NCBI RefSeq assembly: GCF_009914755.1
Contig: NC_060929.1
Origin: the human T2T-CHM13v2.0 reference genome, Homo sapiens
Reading direction: 5' to 3' (one strand)
Length of the DNA: 64,000 nucleotides
The notes beneath the pieces are model-generated. The model was not told the DNA's origin. It did no database searches and saw only the letters and a list, made by a program, of their open reading frames with translations. Both the position numbers and the translations under genes were made by a program. Positions 13,612-30,958 of this stretch are shown here, piece by piece; the stretch's first letter is position 1; each line of letters opens with the position of its first letter.

Positions 13612-14566
13612 TGTGAGAGTTATCTAAAGCTCGGCGTCCGTGTTGGTCTACAGGGCTTCCGAGGCGATCAGGCAGCATCAGTCTTCAGCCACTAAACCGA
13701 GAAGATCTGAGAAAGAGTCAGTCAGAGAGCCTTGGGCCAGAGTTCCAGGGGCTCTGGGAGTGGCTTCCAGGTGAGTTGAACAGTCCGATTTCCAGTGGGG
13801 TCCTGCACAGATGGGACACGGCTTAGGAGGAATCCCGGGCTGCGGGCATTCCTTGGCTTGGTGGCCAGATTTCTGGCACTTGCAGCAAGCTCCTGGGGGA
13901 GGCGGTTCTGGAGGAATGCCTGGCCACTGTGATTTAGCCATTTGGAAGTTCTTGTGTGCTGGATATGTGGCTGGGGTTTGTCTCACAGTGGAGGCAAGGA
14001 ATTGCAACTCAGAAATACGTTGCAACTTGGCTGCCTCTACTCTATAATTGTACACCTTGAAGGCGAGGTTAATTAAGTCCTGTTGTGGGGTTTGAGGGCC
14101 GGAATTTAATTTTTGGAGTTTGATTTAATGTCAGGAGCAGATTGGGTAATAAAATATGTATTGAGAATAAGATGGCCTTTTGACCTTTTAGGGTCTAGGG
14201 CTGTAAAGCGTCTCAGGATTGCTGCCAAATGAGCCATGAACTGGGCTGGATTTTTATATTTGATGAAAAAGACCTAAACGCTATCTGATTGGGGATAAAG
14301 AAAAAGGAACATTAACCTTGACTATGCCTTTAGCTCCAGCCACATTTTTATTATTATTATTATTATACTTTAAGTTTTAGTGTACATGCGCACAACGTGC
14401 AGGTTTGTTACATATGTATACATGTGCCATGTTGGTGTGCTGCACCCATTAACTCGTCATTTAGCATTAGGTATATCTCCTAATGCTATCCCTCCCCCCT
14501 CCCCCAACCCCACAACAGTCCCCGGTGTGTGATGTTCCCCCTCCTGTGTCCATGTGTTCTCATTGT

Positions 14567-18402
<3,836 letters not shown>

Positions 18403-18465
18403 TATGATATTAGCTGGTTATTTTGCTCGTTAGTTGATGCAGTTTCTTCCTAGGCTTGATGGTCT

Positions 18466-19481
18466 TCACAATTTGGCATGTTTTTGCAGTGGCTGGTACT
18501 GGTTGTTCCTTTCCATGTTTAGTACTTCCTTCAGGAGCTCTTTTAGGGCAGGCCTGGTGGTGACAAAATCTCTCAGCATTTGCTTGTCTGTAAAGTATTT
18601 CATTTCTCCTTCACTTATGAAGCTTAGTTTGGCTGGATATGAAATTCTGGGTTGAAGATTCTTTTCTTTAAGAATGTTGAATATTGGCCCCCACTCTCTT
18701 CTGGCTTGTAGAGTTTCTGCAGAGAGATCAGCCGTTAGTCTGATGGGCTTCCTTTTGTGGGTAACCCTACCTTTCTCTCTGGCTGCTCTTAACATTTTTT
18801 CCTTCATTTCAACTTTGTGAATCTGACAATTATGTGTCTTGGAGGTGCTCTTCTCGAGGAGTATCTTTGTGGTATTCTCTGTATTTCCTGAATTTGAATG
18901 TTGGACAGCCTTGCTAGATTGGGGAAGTTCTCCTGGATAATATCCTGCAGAGTGTTTTCCAACTTGGTTCCATTCTCCCCGTCACTTTCAGGTACACCAA
19001 TCAGATGTAGATTTGGTCTTTTCACATAGTCCCATATTTCTTGGAGGCTTTGTTCATTTCTTTTTATTCTTTTTTCTCTAAACTTGTCTTCTCGCTTCAT
19101 TTCATTCATTTCGTCTTCCATCGCTGATACCCTTTCTTCCAGTTGATTTCATTGGCCGCTGAGGCTTGTGCATTCATCACGTAGTTCTCGTGCCATGGTT
19201 TTCAGGTCCATCAGGTCCTTTAAGGACTTCTCTGCATTGGTTATTCTAGTTAGCCATTTGTCTAATTTTTTTTTCAAGGTTTTTAACTTCTTTGCCATTG
19301 GTTCGAACTTCCTCCTTTAGCTCAAAGTAGTTTGATCTTCTGAAGCCTTTGTCTCTCAACTCATCAAAGTCATTCTCCGTCCAGCTTTGTTCCATTGCTG
19401 GTGAGGAGCTGTGTTCCTTTGGAGGAGGGGAGGCGCTCTGATTTTTAGAGTTTCTGGTTTTTCTGCTGTTTTTTTCCCCAT
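18466..19481 (-). pseudogene. L1 ORF1p, frameshifted
   Basis: ATGGGGAAAAAAA start at 19481; EQSLQEIWDYVKRPNL, ARREWGPIFNILKEKN..YPAKLSF. Confidence 0.93.
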
Positions 19482-20339
19482 CTTTGTGGTTTTATCTACC
19501 TTTGGTCTTTGATGATGGTGACGTACAGATGGGTTTTTGGTGTGGATGTCCTTTCTGTTGGTTAGTTTTCCTTCTAACAGTCAGGACCTTCAGCTGCAGG
19601 TCTGTTGGAGTTTGCTGGAGGTCTCCTCCAGACCCCGTTTGCCTGGGTATCAGCAGCAGTGTCCAGCCACCTTTTTAAGAGTAAATTGCTGGGCAGGTGG
19701 GGGAGGGCTAGTCACGGAACGAAACTGTAAGCCAGACTGGGTGTGAGGAGGGGAGGTGGTAGAAGGATTATAGGGTGAAGGAGCGGAGGCTGAGGAAGAA
19801 TTGGAACTTAGCTTGGCCTGGCAACGAGCAGCCTGAGGAGGAGGAGAAAGATCAGATGGGTCTGTAGAAAAGGAAGACTGGAAAGACTCAGCGACACTTG
19901 GGGTTGGGACTGAGGGGACAGGCAGGAGGGAAAGAAGGATTTGGGAGGAATCACATTGGGAACAGAGACTAGGGAAGGAAAGAAGTGTGAAAAATGCCTG
20001 GACGTAAGGCACCTCAGACCATTTGCCCATTTTTCAACAAAAATTATTTAGGTCTCATAGGATGGAGAAATTGAAAGTGCCATTTTCTGGCCACTTAGAG
20101 CCATTGTCAGTTTGTATTGGGGCCAAGTGGTGTTGCAGAAGAAAATAAGGCATTTAGGTTTTAGGTCAGGTGTGAGTTGAAGAGGTTTTAAGTTCTTGAA
20201 AACACAGGCTAATGGAGAAGAAGGAGGAATGAAGGGTGGAAGGTTGCCCATAGTGAAGGAAGCAAGCCCAGAGAAAAGAGAGAGTAGAGACACGGAGGGA
20301 AGGGGTTTGGGGGTTCTTACCCTCCAGAAAAGTGGGAAA

Positions 20340-20705
20340 GGGGTCAGGGTGTAGAAATAAGGGTTTGGGGCACACAGATAAGATGTTGGGGCACGGAAAT
20401 AAGGGATGGGGCAAAGAGATAAGAGGTCGGGGCACAGAAATAAGGGATCAGGGCTCAGAGATAAGAGGTTGGGGTGTGGAAATAATGGATTGGGGTACAG
20501 AGATAAGAGGTCGGGATATGGAAATAAGGGATTGGGGGTTCTTGCCCCCTAGAAAAGTGAGACTTGCTGCTAAGGGTGAAGGAGGAGGGGCTGAGGGGTT
20601 CTTGCCCCTCCCCCAGAAAAGCAGAGAAGGGGTAGAGACATGGAGAGAAGGGGTTGGGGTACTTGCCCCTCCCCCAGAAAAGTGGGACTTGCCACTAAGG
20701 GTGAA
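20340..20705 (-). repeat. HERV-H leader tandem repeats (~20-21 bp ggggcacagagataagaggt units plus ~55-60 bp units)
   Basis: Directly visible G-rich repeats. Confidence 0.85.
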
Positions 20706-21124
20706 AGACCAAGGCAAGCTTCCCTGCATGGTCTGACACCTCTGAAACGTGGGTGAATAATCAGAGAGGCGTCCTTGCAATTTTTAAACACCAAGAGAAT
20801 GCTGCCTTCCCAGTCCGTGACTGGCACCGGAGTTTTGGGTCCACGGATAAAACGTGTCTCCTTTGTCTCTACCAGAAAATGAAAGGAATTGAAATTAAGA
20901 GAAGGGAAAGATTGAAGTGTGGTGCCAAGATTGAAAGGAGAAAGAGGTTGAGGGATAGTGAGGGAGGTTGGAGAAGAGAGTAAAAAGAGGCCACTTACTG
21001 GATTTGAAATTGGTGAGATGTTTCTTGGGCTGGTCAGTCTGAGGACCTGAGGTCATAGGTGGATCTTTCTCACAGAGCAAAAAGCAGGAGTACAGGGGAT
21101 TGATCTCCCAAGGGAGGTCCCCTG

Positions 21125-21142
21125 ATCCAAGTCATGGCACCA
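21125..21142 (-). promoter_or_regulatory. Primer binding site for tRNA-His
   Basis: Minus strand TGGTGCCATGACTTGGAT directly after the U5 end (...TGAAA TT), matching the HERV-H PBS with CpG decay. Confidence 0.9.
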
Positions 21143-21166
21143 AATTTCACTCATGTTCGTGTGAAG

Positions 21167-21428
21167 CAGGGCATGGAAATAAGGAATTGGGGTGCAGAGA
21201 TAAGAGGTTGGGGTGCAGAAATAAGGAATTTGGGGTTCTTGCCCCCTAGAAAAGCGGGACTTGCCACTAAGGATGAAGGAGAAGGGGTTGAGAGGTTCTT
21301 GCCCCTCCCCCAGAAAAGCAGAGAAGGGGTAGAGACATGGAGAGAAGGGGTTGGGGTACTTGCCCCTCCCCCAGAAAAGCGGGACTTGCCACTAAGGGTG
21401 AAGGAGAAGGGGTTGAGTGGTTCTTGCC
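21167..21428 (-). repeat. Second copy of the HERV-H leader repeats in place of the 5' LTR
   Basis: Closely similar to 20470-20705 (e.g. identical cccctcccccagaaaagcagagaaggggtagagacatggagagaagggg). Confidence 0.9.
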
Positions 21429-23250
21429 TTTTCACGTAGTTGTGCTGTAGTTATTGCATCGGGTCTATGAATGGACTATGGCTTCCCGGTGATGGCTTCC
21501 AGGGTGCCAATTCTTCCAGAGGCAACAATGTGATTTACAGATTTAGATTGCTAGGGAATCTAAATCCCTGGGCCATGGATAATAGCAAAGAAAGTCACAC
21601 CTGTCTCACACCAAAGCCATACCAGCTCCACCTTTAACCTTTAACTGTTCTACATATTTGTGGTTCACTTTTTGGTTTTGTTTTGTTTTGTTTTCAAGAG
21701 AAAGAAGTGCTACTGAACAAAATCACTGTTCAGGAATAAAAGTTGTTTTTGTTTTTTTCTTTTTGTTTTGTTGGAAAGATAGCTAAAGCTTTTCATTGTA
21801 GGGCTCCTCCTGATCTTGCTAACTTCCTTCTTTTCTTCTCTTCTCTCCCCATAAACAAGCTCCATTCCTATCAGACTCACCTCTTTACTACCAGCCACTG
21901 CAACATGCCACAAGCATTTACATACCTTTTCATTGGCTAATACTCTTTCCTTTGCATAAAATGTACAACCCCGATTTTCAACATCTGCCCTTCAGTAAGT
22001 ACTTGCTCCATTCCTGCGTTTTCAGGCAAGTGGCCAATTATTCCTCATTTCCCTCGTGATGGGCATAGCCACTTCACAATAAAGCCTTGAGATTACTTTT
22101 CCTTGATCATTTCCCCAAAGTTGCACAGAGTAGACTTCGATCTTCCACACCACATGAATCCTCAAGTAGTCCTGCACACCTGAAAACACTCAGCAAAGAG
22201 TGGGGCTGCTCACTGGTAATTAATAAACTCATTTAAGTTTGGTGACCTTGCTAGTGCCCTCAGCTGCATGAGCACATCTGTTCCACCCCAACCAACTCCT
22301 GCCACTCCCTCAGGGTGAACTGGGTCGGAGAATGTTGGCATGTCTGCTGGATATGACATGTGAATGTGCATGAGTAAACTCTGAATTTATGGAAGAATGG
22401 CATCACGTAGCCATGTCTTTGAACACAGTAATACAATCACTGCATGTGTAGGGAGCGGTTCTGAAAACCTTTTTATAAAAGCAGAGATGACATGGGAAAA
22501 TGGCTGGATTAATGAGGGCCAGCATGATAGACATTTTAAACGTTTTATTAGGCTTTAAAAATGCCTGTGCCAAGGTGTGTTCAGCATTTATTAAGAAATA
22601 CCCAAATAAATGCTTCTCTTTTCTTATTTCTCTTCTCATTCAGTCATATCTTCTTGTCTTCATATAATGGAGGTCACTTGTCAAATCAAGATAATTGGAA
22701 GAAGAAACACAAACTAAATTATTTCAAAAATGTTCCAGTTGTTTCACTTTCAAAACAATCAGCGAGGCTCTTTCTAGGCCCAGGATCATGGGTCTTACCT
22801 ACATCCCTAGACTGATCTTCCACAATTCAGTGTGGTGGCTATCCTCACCCTCATTCTCAAAAAAATTCTCATCTCATGGCTTTTGGTCATCTGACTAAGG
22901 CCCCACCACTGGACAGCCAAGGCTGGATTGGCAATCAGCTCTGCTGCCTGGAAACTGGTGCCACCCCTGGTCACCAAGGTGGCAGTGGACATGGCTCTAC
23001 CCTATGGGAAAAATGGAATCCATGCAAGAACCTTCCAAATACTTCAGTATTGGCTGGTCATGAGTTTCTAGACTTTTGATTCTGTTATTGGTAGCTCTCC
23101 CTTTGGGCTGAAACACAATATGTAAAAACACATTTACATTTACTTTGTTTTCTAAAAAAATTATTTTTCCATTACCTTCAAACACCAGATTCAGCAAAAG
23201 ATGCTCTGTATTTATGTTTTTGTGTGCAATTAAAATATACCAAATCATGA

Positions 23251-23550
23251 GGCCGGGCGTGGTGGCTCATGCCTGTAATCCCCACACTTTGGGAGGCCGA
23301 GGCGGGTGGATAACGAGGTCAGGAGATCGAGACCATCCTGGCTAACATGGTGAAACCCCGTCTCTACTAAAACTACAAAAAATTAGCCGGGCATGGTGGC
23401 GGGTGCCTGTAGTCCAGCTACTCAGGAGGCTGAGGCAGGAGAATGGCGTGAACCCAAGAGGCGGAACTTGCAGTGAGCTGAGATCGCGCCACTGCACTCC
23501 AGCCTGGGCGATAGGGGGAGACTCCTCTCAAAAAATAAAATAAAATAATA
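23251..23550 (+). mobile_element. AluY
   Basis: ggagatcgagaccatcctggctaac and gaatggcgtgaaccc diagnostics; TSD aaaata(t)taccaaatcat. Confidence 0.95.
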
Positions 23551-24629
23551 AAATATTACCAAATCATTTTAGGATCTTACTGCAAATAAAACTTGTGCCC
23601 TTCAGTTCCAGCTGACTTAACTCTTTCATATATTTCACACTAGTAGCCTCTCTACCCAGTAAAATGCTTTGGGAACTCCTACCATCCCCACCATCTGAAG
23701 TTTGGTATATTTGAAAAACTCTCCCATTTATAATTTCTGTAAAACTTTTGAAAAAATATTAATCAGTGAAAAATCAAACTCAATGATCAAATGGGAAAAA
23801 GCATATCCTGGTATGAAATACGTTTTTGCTGGCAGATTTTTCTTCTCATTCTTGAGTAGCTTGTGTGGTCTGTTAACGACCTTACCCTCCATTTTCTGAA
23901 GGAAAGTTCAGAGGTTGTATTTCTGTTCTTTTTACCTTTTATGGTTTCCCAACATTATCTCATTTGGTAAAAGAAAAATATACCAGAAAAAAACTATTAC
24001 CATAACAAGCAAAAAGCTACCTGCCAAACTCTTTCCTTCTCTGATCACAAAAGCAGAGAGCCCAAGATAAACAACAACCATGACTACTGACCAAGGAAAA
24101 TACATTTTTTTCATAATTTTTGAAAAAATTGAAGTACCTCACTGTCTTTGTTTCAACAATACAATCTAGTAATGAGAATGTTACCTTAAATGTACAGAAA
24201 GCCATTCTTCATAAGAGCTAAAAGAGTATTTTGTGTTTGAACAATTCCTTCCATCTTCCAGGGAAGCCAGGAAACGACTTTGCTCTAAGGAGTTGCCATG
24301 TACTCCTGTACTCCACAGAACAGAGCAACCAAGGATCTAAATGGAGAATCAGTCTTCACAATGGCACTTCTGTTATGGATAATCATAACTTGCTTGTGTT
24401 TTACGGAACCCTTAATCAATCCCCAAAATAGACTTCTGACCAACCTGACTCTCCATTTCCCTGCTATGGAAACATATCTGTTCTGGTATTTACTCAGTTT
24501 GAAATCACATTTCCTTTATTCAAATGCTATGGGATTTAAAAGAATGTTCAACATCCCAATTGCCACAAGGAGTTTTAATAAAGTATCATATATTTAAAGG
24601 TTATTTACATCATTTTCCAGATTTTATAA

Positions 24630-24830
24630 AAGCAATAATAACAATGACTTATATTTGTTGAGCACTTGCTAGGCAGTCAAGCATTTTTCTTAGTGTCATA
24701 TGGATTAACTCAATAATCATCAAGATAAACCTGTAATCTAAGATGTTCTTATTATCCCCATTTTACACATGAGAAACTGAGTCATAGTAAATGCAAACAG
24801 CCCCCAGATCACCCAAACAGTAATGGACAG
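24630..24830 (-). mobile_element. MIR
   Basis: attatccccattttacacatgagaaactgag core. Confidence 0.75.
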
Positions 24831-25379
24831 AGACACTAGCAAAACTCAGCCCACACCTCCTCTCTGCCATAGGATGTCCAGGTCCTTTGAAAGGGAATCA
24901 TCCACAGCTGCCTTAGTCAACACTGGCATCCAATTATCCAGCCTGAACCTTGCACCTAGGAGTACAGAGATGGAGTATCCTCAGATTAAAGTCTCAGGAG
25001 CATCAGGAGTTCTCATTCCCACATGGTCATGTGGTTTTCTAAAATGTGATCAATTAAATGATTTTAGCTGCAGTTAAAACTTTCTCCAACTTTCTTTATA
25101 TCACATATTCCCTGGAGGTAGGTGATGTTGGAATGGCTATGGGCATCTCTGGGAGGTTCTAAGGGGAAACTGAGATTGGGATAGATTTAGTTTAGGTTTA
25201 GAGAAATGCATGCATGTGGCTTGCAGACACTGCCACGTGCAGTAAAGTTTCTGTGGGCCATCTTGCAGTAGCACGGGAGTCCTCAACGTCCATGTGTCAT
25301 GTCATCAATGTGCTGATGTGAAGAGGCAAGATCAGAGGCGCTGTCCTCCAGAGCATGGCCCCTGAAGTACGTGAACGGT

Positions 25380-25860
25380 AAAGCTAGTCTGTGGAGTTAA
25401 TTATCCTAATCTCTTAGCTCATACATGAATGAAAGTTGATAGGAGTGTTCCAAAATTTGACAAAAATACCAAATATTTACATGTGATTATACATAACAAG
25501 CTGTAATTGATACAAATAAAAAACACATATTTACATCTGATTATACATAACAAGCTGTAATTGATATAAATAAATCAACCTTAATTAACAATTATTTTCT
25601 ATTCAGGCAATAAAAAAAGGCTATCATATGATAGAAAAGTCAAAGTATACACAAATAAGAAACATAATAAAGACATGTCTGGCAGTTAACACAAATATTG
25701 TTATTCCTTGAAATTATTAGATATATAGTTTCTATCAGATTTTTAAAAGTGAAGTTTGTTGTGATTTCTTTTCCAAAACTAAAATCCACATTTCTACTGG
25801 ACTTTTTTAGTGTTCATTTTATATTTCTTTTCTTTCAAAAGGCTGTCTGAATTAAGCTTC
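25380..25860 (+). mobile_element. Probable hAT (Zaphod/Tip100-like) transposase fragment with an internal 54-bp tandem duplication (25473-25574)
   Basis: gtgttccaaaatttgacaaaaatacc..atttacatg resembles the hAT dimerisation-domain coding region. The duplication is directly visible. Confidence 0.45.
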
Positions 25861-25978
25861 AGATACTTTAAAAATAACCTATCCCTATGAGTATGGGCTA
25901 AAAAATGTATGTGTCACAAGTTGAGTCAAAATGACTAGAAGTTCATGAAAAATGTTGCTCTAAATTCAGAATCAGGCC

Positions 25979-26612
25979 TGCCTTAGTCAGTCCAGACTGC
26001 TATAACAAAATACCATAGACTTCTTTGGGAGGCCGAGGCTGGCAGATCACAAGGTCATGAGTTAGAGACCATCCTGGCCAACATGGTGAAACCCTGTCTC
26101 TACTAAAAATACAAAAATTAGCTGGGCGTAGTGGCATGTGCATGTAATCCCAGCTACATGGGAGGCTGAGGCAGGAGAATCACCTGGATCAGGGAGTCAG
26201 AGGTTGCAGTGAGCTGAGATCGTGCCATTGCATTCCAGCCTGGTGACAGAGCGAGACTGCATCTCAAAAAAAAAAAACACAAAGAATAAAAACAACAACA
26301 ACAAAAACATAGATTTAACAAAATACCATGACTTAAACAGCACTTAATTCTCACAGTTCTGGAGAGTGGGAAGTCCAAAATGAAGCGCCTGGCAGATGGT
26401 GTCTGGTGAGAGCTCATTTCCTGCCTTGTGGAGGGCCATCCTCTCACCGTGTCCTCCCATGATGGAGAGCAGAGAGAGCTCCTGGGGCATCTTCTATAAG
26501 GGCTGCACCATCCTGACCTAATCACCTTCCAGGTCTCACCTCTTAATACTATAACCTTGGGGGTAAAATTCAACATGTGAATTTGTGGGAGACATAAGCA
26601 CCCAGTCCATAA
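25979..26612 (-). mobile_element. MLT1-type MaLR LTR interrupted by a 5'-truncated Alu (26024-26310, + strand)
   Basis: gctataacaaaataccatagact...ctcacagttctggag..gggaagtccaa. Alu TSD aacaaaataccat(a)gact. Confidence 0.85.
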
Positions 26613-27949
26613 CTGAGCCTCTCCAGCTGGCACACTTACTTGTGAGTGTGTATTCCCCGGGCCCACTGGGCAAATGTGAGTAGCTCATAGATTCAGAATG
26701 GAGCCCCTCAAGCTGCTGTCCTTACCTGTGCGAGTGTGCACACCTGGTGAGCCCTTCTCTCTGTCCCTTGCCCACTGAGCAAATATCTCCCGAGCACCTT
26801 CTAGGTATAGGGCTCTCAGCAGGCCCAAGGAAGGGCAATCAAAGAAAGACAGAGGCTGTCCTTGCCTCCTCAGGCTTAGGGTATAAAGGACAGGACTTTC
26901 ATCACAGGATCACACAGAGAAATACTGATAGCCTCAAGGATTGCTGGGAAGGAAAGGTGCCCAGGGCGCTGTAGCGGAGCCCCTTTCTTTTTGGCAACTT
27001 TCTCTTCTCTTGAGGAACTTTCTCTTCTCTTGAGGAAGTTACTTAATTACCAGAGCGCAGACTGATTCTCCACCTATCTGTCTTTCAGGCTCTCTCTACC
27101 GCTGTGTCTCTACCTGTGTCTCTCTCTCTGTTTTATTCTCTCCATTCCCCTCTCCTTCCCTTTTTCTCTCCCTCAGGCTGACATTTTAAAGGACTTCAGA
27201 TGACTTTAAACACTTTAGGGAACAGGTGTTCAGACTGTGATAGGAAAGTTTTGATTTAGCCTTAAGCAGCCTTGACTTTGCTGTGTGACTTTACAGATGT
27301 CACCAAGTGATCTTCATTCTTACAGAGGACAGTCACGCCTTACTTCGCAACCCACATGGGCTATTACAAGGATTCCATTCCTTAAGAGATAACGTGTGCT
27401 TTAAAAGATTTAAATCTATCTATCTATCAATCAATCATTATATATTATAGTTAGTACTATCAAGGGCATGTGGAAATTTTAAAAATTTTTCTCTTCAAAA
27501 AATTTAAAAAGAAAATAATAAGCTAAATGTTTTAGAGAAAATGAATACATACCACAAGAGTGTGGGAGAAAACATTTCAGAATATGTGATCTTAATTATC
27601 TTAAACCATTAAAATGTGAAACATTCCAAAGACCTAACCCCATCTCAAAGAGCAAACTGTTCAGGAAATTACTGTCAGCTCCAGCATGACCCCATCACTC
27701 TGCCCCGGGCTTCCTGTGGTGGCATAACTCTAACCACATTCTGTTATGTTTAATTCTTAGGGTCTCATTTTTTCTAATTATATTGAGAATTTTCTGAGAG
27801 CAGGGAATTGAATCCTTTTCCTATTTGCATTATCACTGTAACTCATGAATTTTAAAATGTTTATGGATTTGAACTGACTGTCTGCCACTCCTTGGTACAC
27901 CCCTAGTTAGAAGCAGTGAGCTTTCCAGCATCTTTTTCCCATATAGCCA

Positions 27950-28372
27950 TTATATTCGTCCTCTGGGGCTGCTGTAACAAAATACCACAGACTGGATGGT
28001 TTAACAATAGACATGTTTTCACAATTCTGGATGTTGGAAGTCCACAATCTAGATGCCAGCAAGTTAAGTTTCTTGCGAGGGGACTCTTACTGGCCTGAAA
28101 AATGCCACCTTCTCTCTCTGTCCTCTTGTCATCTTTCCTCAGCACAGGGAGAGACAGGGAGGGGCATGAATGAGTGAAAAAGCACAAACAAGCTCTCTTG
28201 TGTCTCTTCTTATAAGGAAATTAATCCTATTGGTTCAGGGTTCTACCCTGATGTTCTAATTTGACCTCAGTTTATTCCTCTGAGGTCCCATCTCTGAATA
28301 CAGCCACACTAGGGATTAGGGCTTTCACATATATATGTGGAGGGTGGGAGCACAAATTTCCAGCCCATAACA
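27950..28372 (-). mobile_element. MLT1A-type MaLR LTR
   Basis: gctgctgtaacaaaataccacagactgg...tctcttcttataagg...cagcccataaca. Confidence 0.8.
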
Positions 28373-29344
28373 GCTAAGCTGGCCAAACCAGATGTAAGAT
28401 TATATTTTCAGTTCACATCGAGACTTGCCTGTGTGCCTCCATTTGTACTGCTCCAGGTACTTGGATGACACAAGTTGGTTTATAAATTTTCCCAGATTTA
28501 TTCAGGTCAAAATGCCACCACTCAGAAGCAGAGCCAGACAAAAACCTTATAATTGCTGAGGGCTGGTCTTGCACCAAGCATTTGGCCTTTTTTTTTTTTT
28601 TTTCTGTATTATTCTTTCCTTAAGACAACTTCAGTTCCTCTCCCTGTCTGTAACCACAGATTCACATTTCCCAGGTGTTGCCCTATGCTGTCCCCAGTGA
28701 GGTCCAGAGTTTCTCCTGGGAGGTTGAACAGATGGATAATGCCCGGCCTGGCCCCAGCTTAGAGGATGCCTCTCAAGAGCATCAATGCATGCATCATTAT
28801 TTTGCAGTCATTCATCTGTTCCCCAGATTAGAGCTGGGTTTCAGGGAACCTTTTAGTTATTTCCCTTGGTCTTCTCTGGCATAAACACCACTGTGCTCTC
28901 AGCAGATTTGGCCACCCTAAAATCTGTCACTTCTGCCTGGTCATTAGAGAAGGAATTGATACAATCAGTCTTCCTTAACCAGTAGCTCTAACTGCTAACC
29001 TTTATACTCTAGGAGCTGGTTGTTGACTAGAACAATGCTTCCCTCTCGTAGACCTTTGTAAAATAAATAGCTGTTCTTGCCTACCACTCTATCTATGGGT
29101 CGCATCTTTTGTCTCTTGTGAGGGAGTTAACAAAAACCTTTCAAATCTAGAAAATATTGCATGTCTAAATAAATCATGTCTCCTGAGCTTTCTTTAGTGA
29201 CTACTGTGTCAATTTCAAAAGTTCAGTGATATATTAATATTATAAAAGTCAGCACTTACAATTTTTCTATTTGTATTAAATCTCTATTGGCTAAAGATTT
29301 ACTTGATATTCTTTCTTTCTTAGTTTCTTCTTGTTTCTCCTGAC

Positions 29345-29634
29345 TTGTTGTTGTTGTTGTTGTTGAGAGGGAGTCTCACTGTCTCCCAGGCTGGAGTGCA
29401 GTGTCTTGATCTTGGCTCACTGCAAGCTCCTCCTCCTGGGTTCACGCCATTCTCCTGCCTAAGCCTCCTGAATAGCTGGGACTACAGGCGCCCGCCACCA
29501 TGCCCAGCTAATTTTTTGTATTTTTAGTAGAGACGGGGTTTCACCAGGATGGTCTCCATCTCCTGACCTTGTGATCCGCCTGCCTCAGCCTCCCAAAGTG
29601 CTGGAATTACAGGCATAAGCCACAGCGCCTGGCC
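29345..29634 (-). mobile_element. AluY with (TTG)n tail
   Basis: gcaagctcc and gggttcacgccattctcc diagnostics; TSD ctcctgac. Confidence 0.93.
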
Positions 29635-29698
29635 TCCTCCTGACGTTTTTGAGATCAAGAGAAACCATATCCACTGGATTCACACTCTTTGGACTGTA

Positions 29699-29995
29699 CT
29701 TTTTTTTTTTTGAGATGAAATCTTGCTCTTGTCTCCTAGGCTGGAGTGCGATGGTGCAATCAGCTCACAGCAACATGTGCCTCCCGGGTTCAAGCAATTC
29801 TCTTGCCTCAGCCTCCCGAGTAGCTGAGATTACAGGCACCTGCCACCACGCCTGGCTAATTTTTGTATTTTTTTTAGTAGAGACGGTGTTTCACCCTGTT
29901 GGCCAGGCTGGTCTTGAACTCCTGACTTCAGGTGATCCGCCTGCCTTGGCCTCCTTAAGTGCTGGGATTACAGGTGTGAGCCACTGCACCCAGCC
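29699..29995 (-). mobile_element. AluS
   Basis: Full Alu dimer with poly-T. Confidence 0.93.
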
Positions 29996-30958
29996 TGTCT
30001 TTTTTATTAAGCATTGCATTTCTCACTGATTTTGCAGTTCTTGAACAAAAATCAGTGAGTGACATCTTTGGATGCCCTTCAACAGGATCTGTAGAACAAT
30101 TACCAGGAATTCCATGTTTGGCCTTAGTGTTTATTAATAAAATAATGTCTGTACTCTAAATGGACATCTGGTCACCCTAGCACATTGATCTGGACATTTT
30201 GCAGACCTGCTCTTGAGCCTGATTTTGTCTACAATGATGAGAAACTGTCCTGGGGCCAAATTAAAGAAATCCCATTGATTTTCTTACCCAAGGACATGAA
30301 GTTCACAATTCATTAAAAAACTAAGTACTGTGAGCTACAAAATTAGAAAATATTCATCAGATTTTAGCTGAGCTCAAATTACCTCTCTCTGGCCTATGTG
30401 TCATGTAAACTCGTCTAGAAGACAGTGACTTTGGCATGTAGCTGCCCTTAGGACAGATATAGAATGAGGATTATGGAATACCATCTCTTCCTGCAGTCTC
30501 TGTCTCTGATAGAGATAGCATGGCTGATTCCACATTATGCTGTCACAGCTGGAAAAGATGTAGAAATAGACACACACATGCTGAGCCTCTCTAGAAGGGG
30601 TTGCTGTCCATGATTGAAGCCTCCAGAGGAGGCAGCTCAGGTTTGTTTGCTAATCAGAGTGAACAGTAATTGTCCCATGGCTTCCCATATGTCCTGACTT
30701 GGCAGCACTTGAGCACAGGTCTCACAAGTCATGAATGGCACAAGTGAACCCTTGGTCAAGCATGATCCTCCCAGGAGTAGTTAATATTCTTGAGATAGTA
30801 TTTCTTCCAAAATTGATTTACAGATTCAATGCAACCTTTTTCAAAATCTCAGTAATATCCTTGCAAAAATTGACAAGCTGATCAAAAAAGTCACATAGAA
30901 ATGCAAAGACCTAGAATAGACAAAACAATTTTGAAAAATAAAAACAAAATGGAAGGAC

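Noticed and set aside
20340-20705. Regularly spaced ~20 bp repeats, superficially CRISPR-like
   Set aside because: No unique spacers or cas genes; these are the leader repeats of HERV-H.
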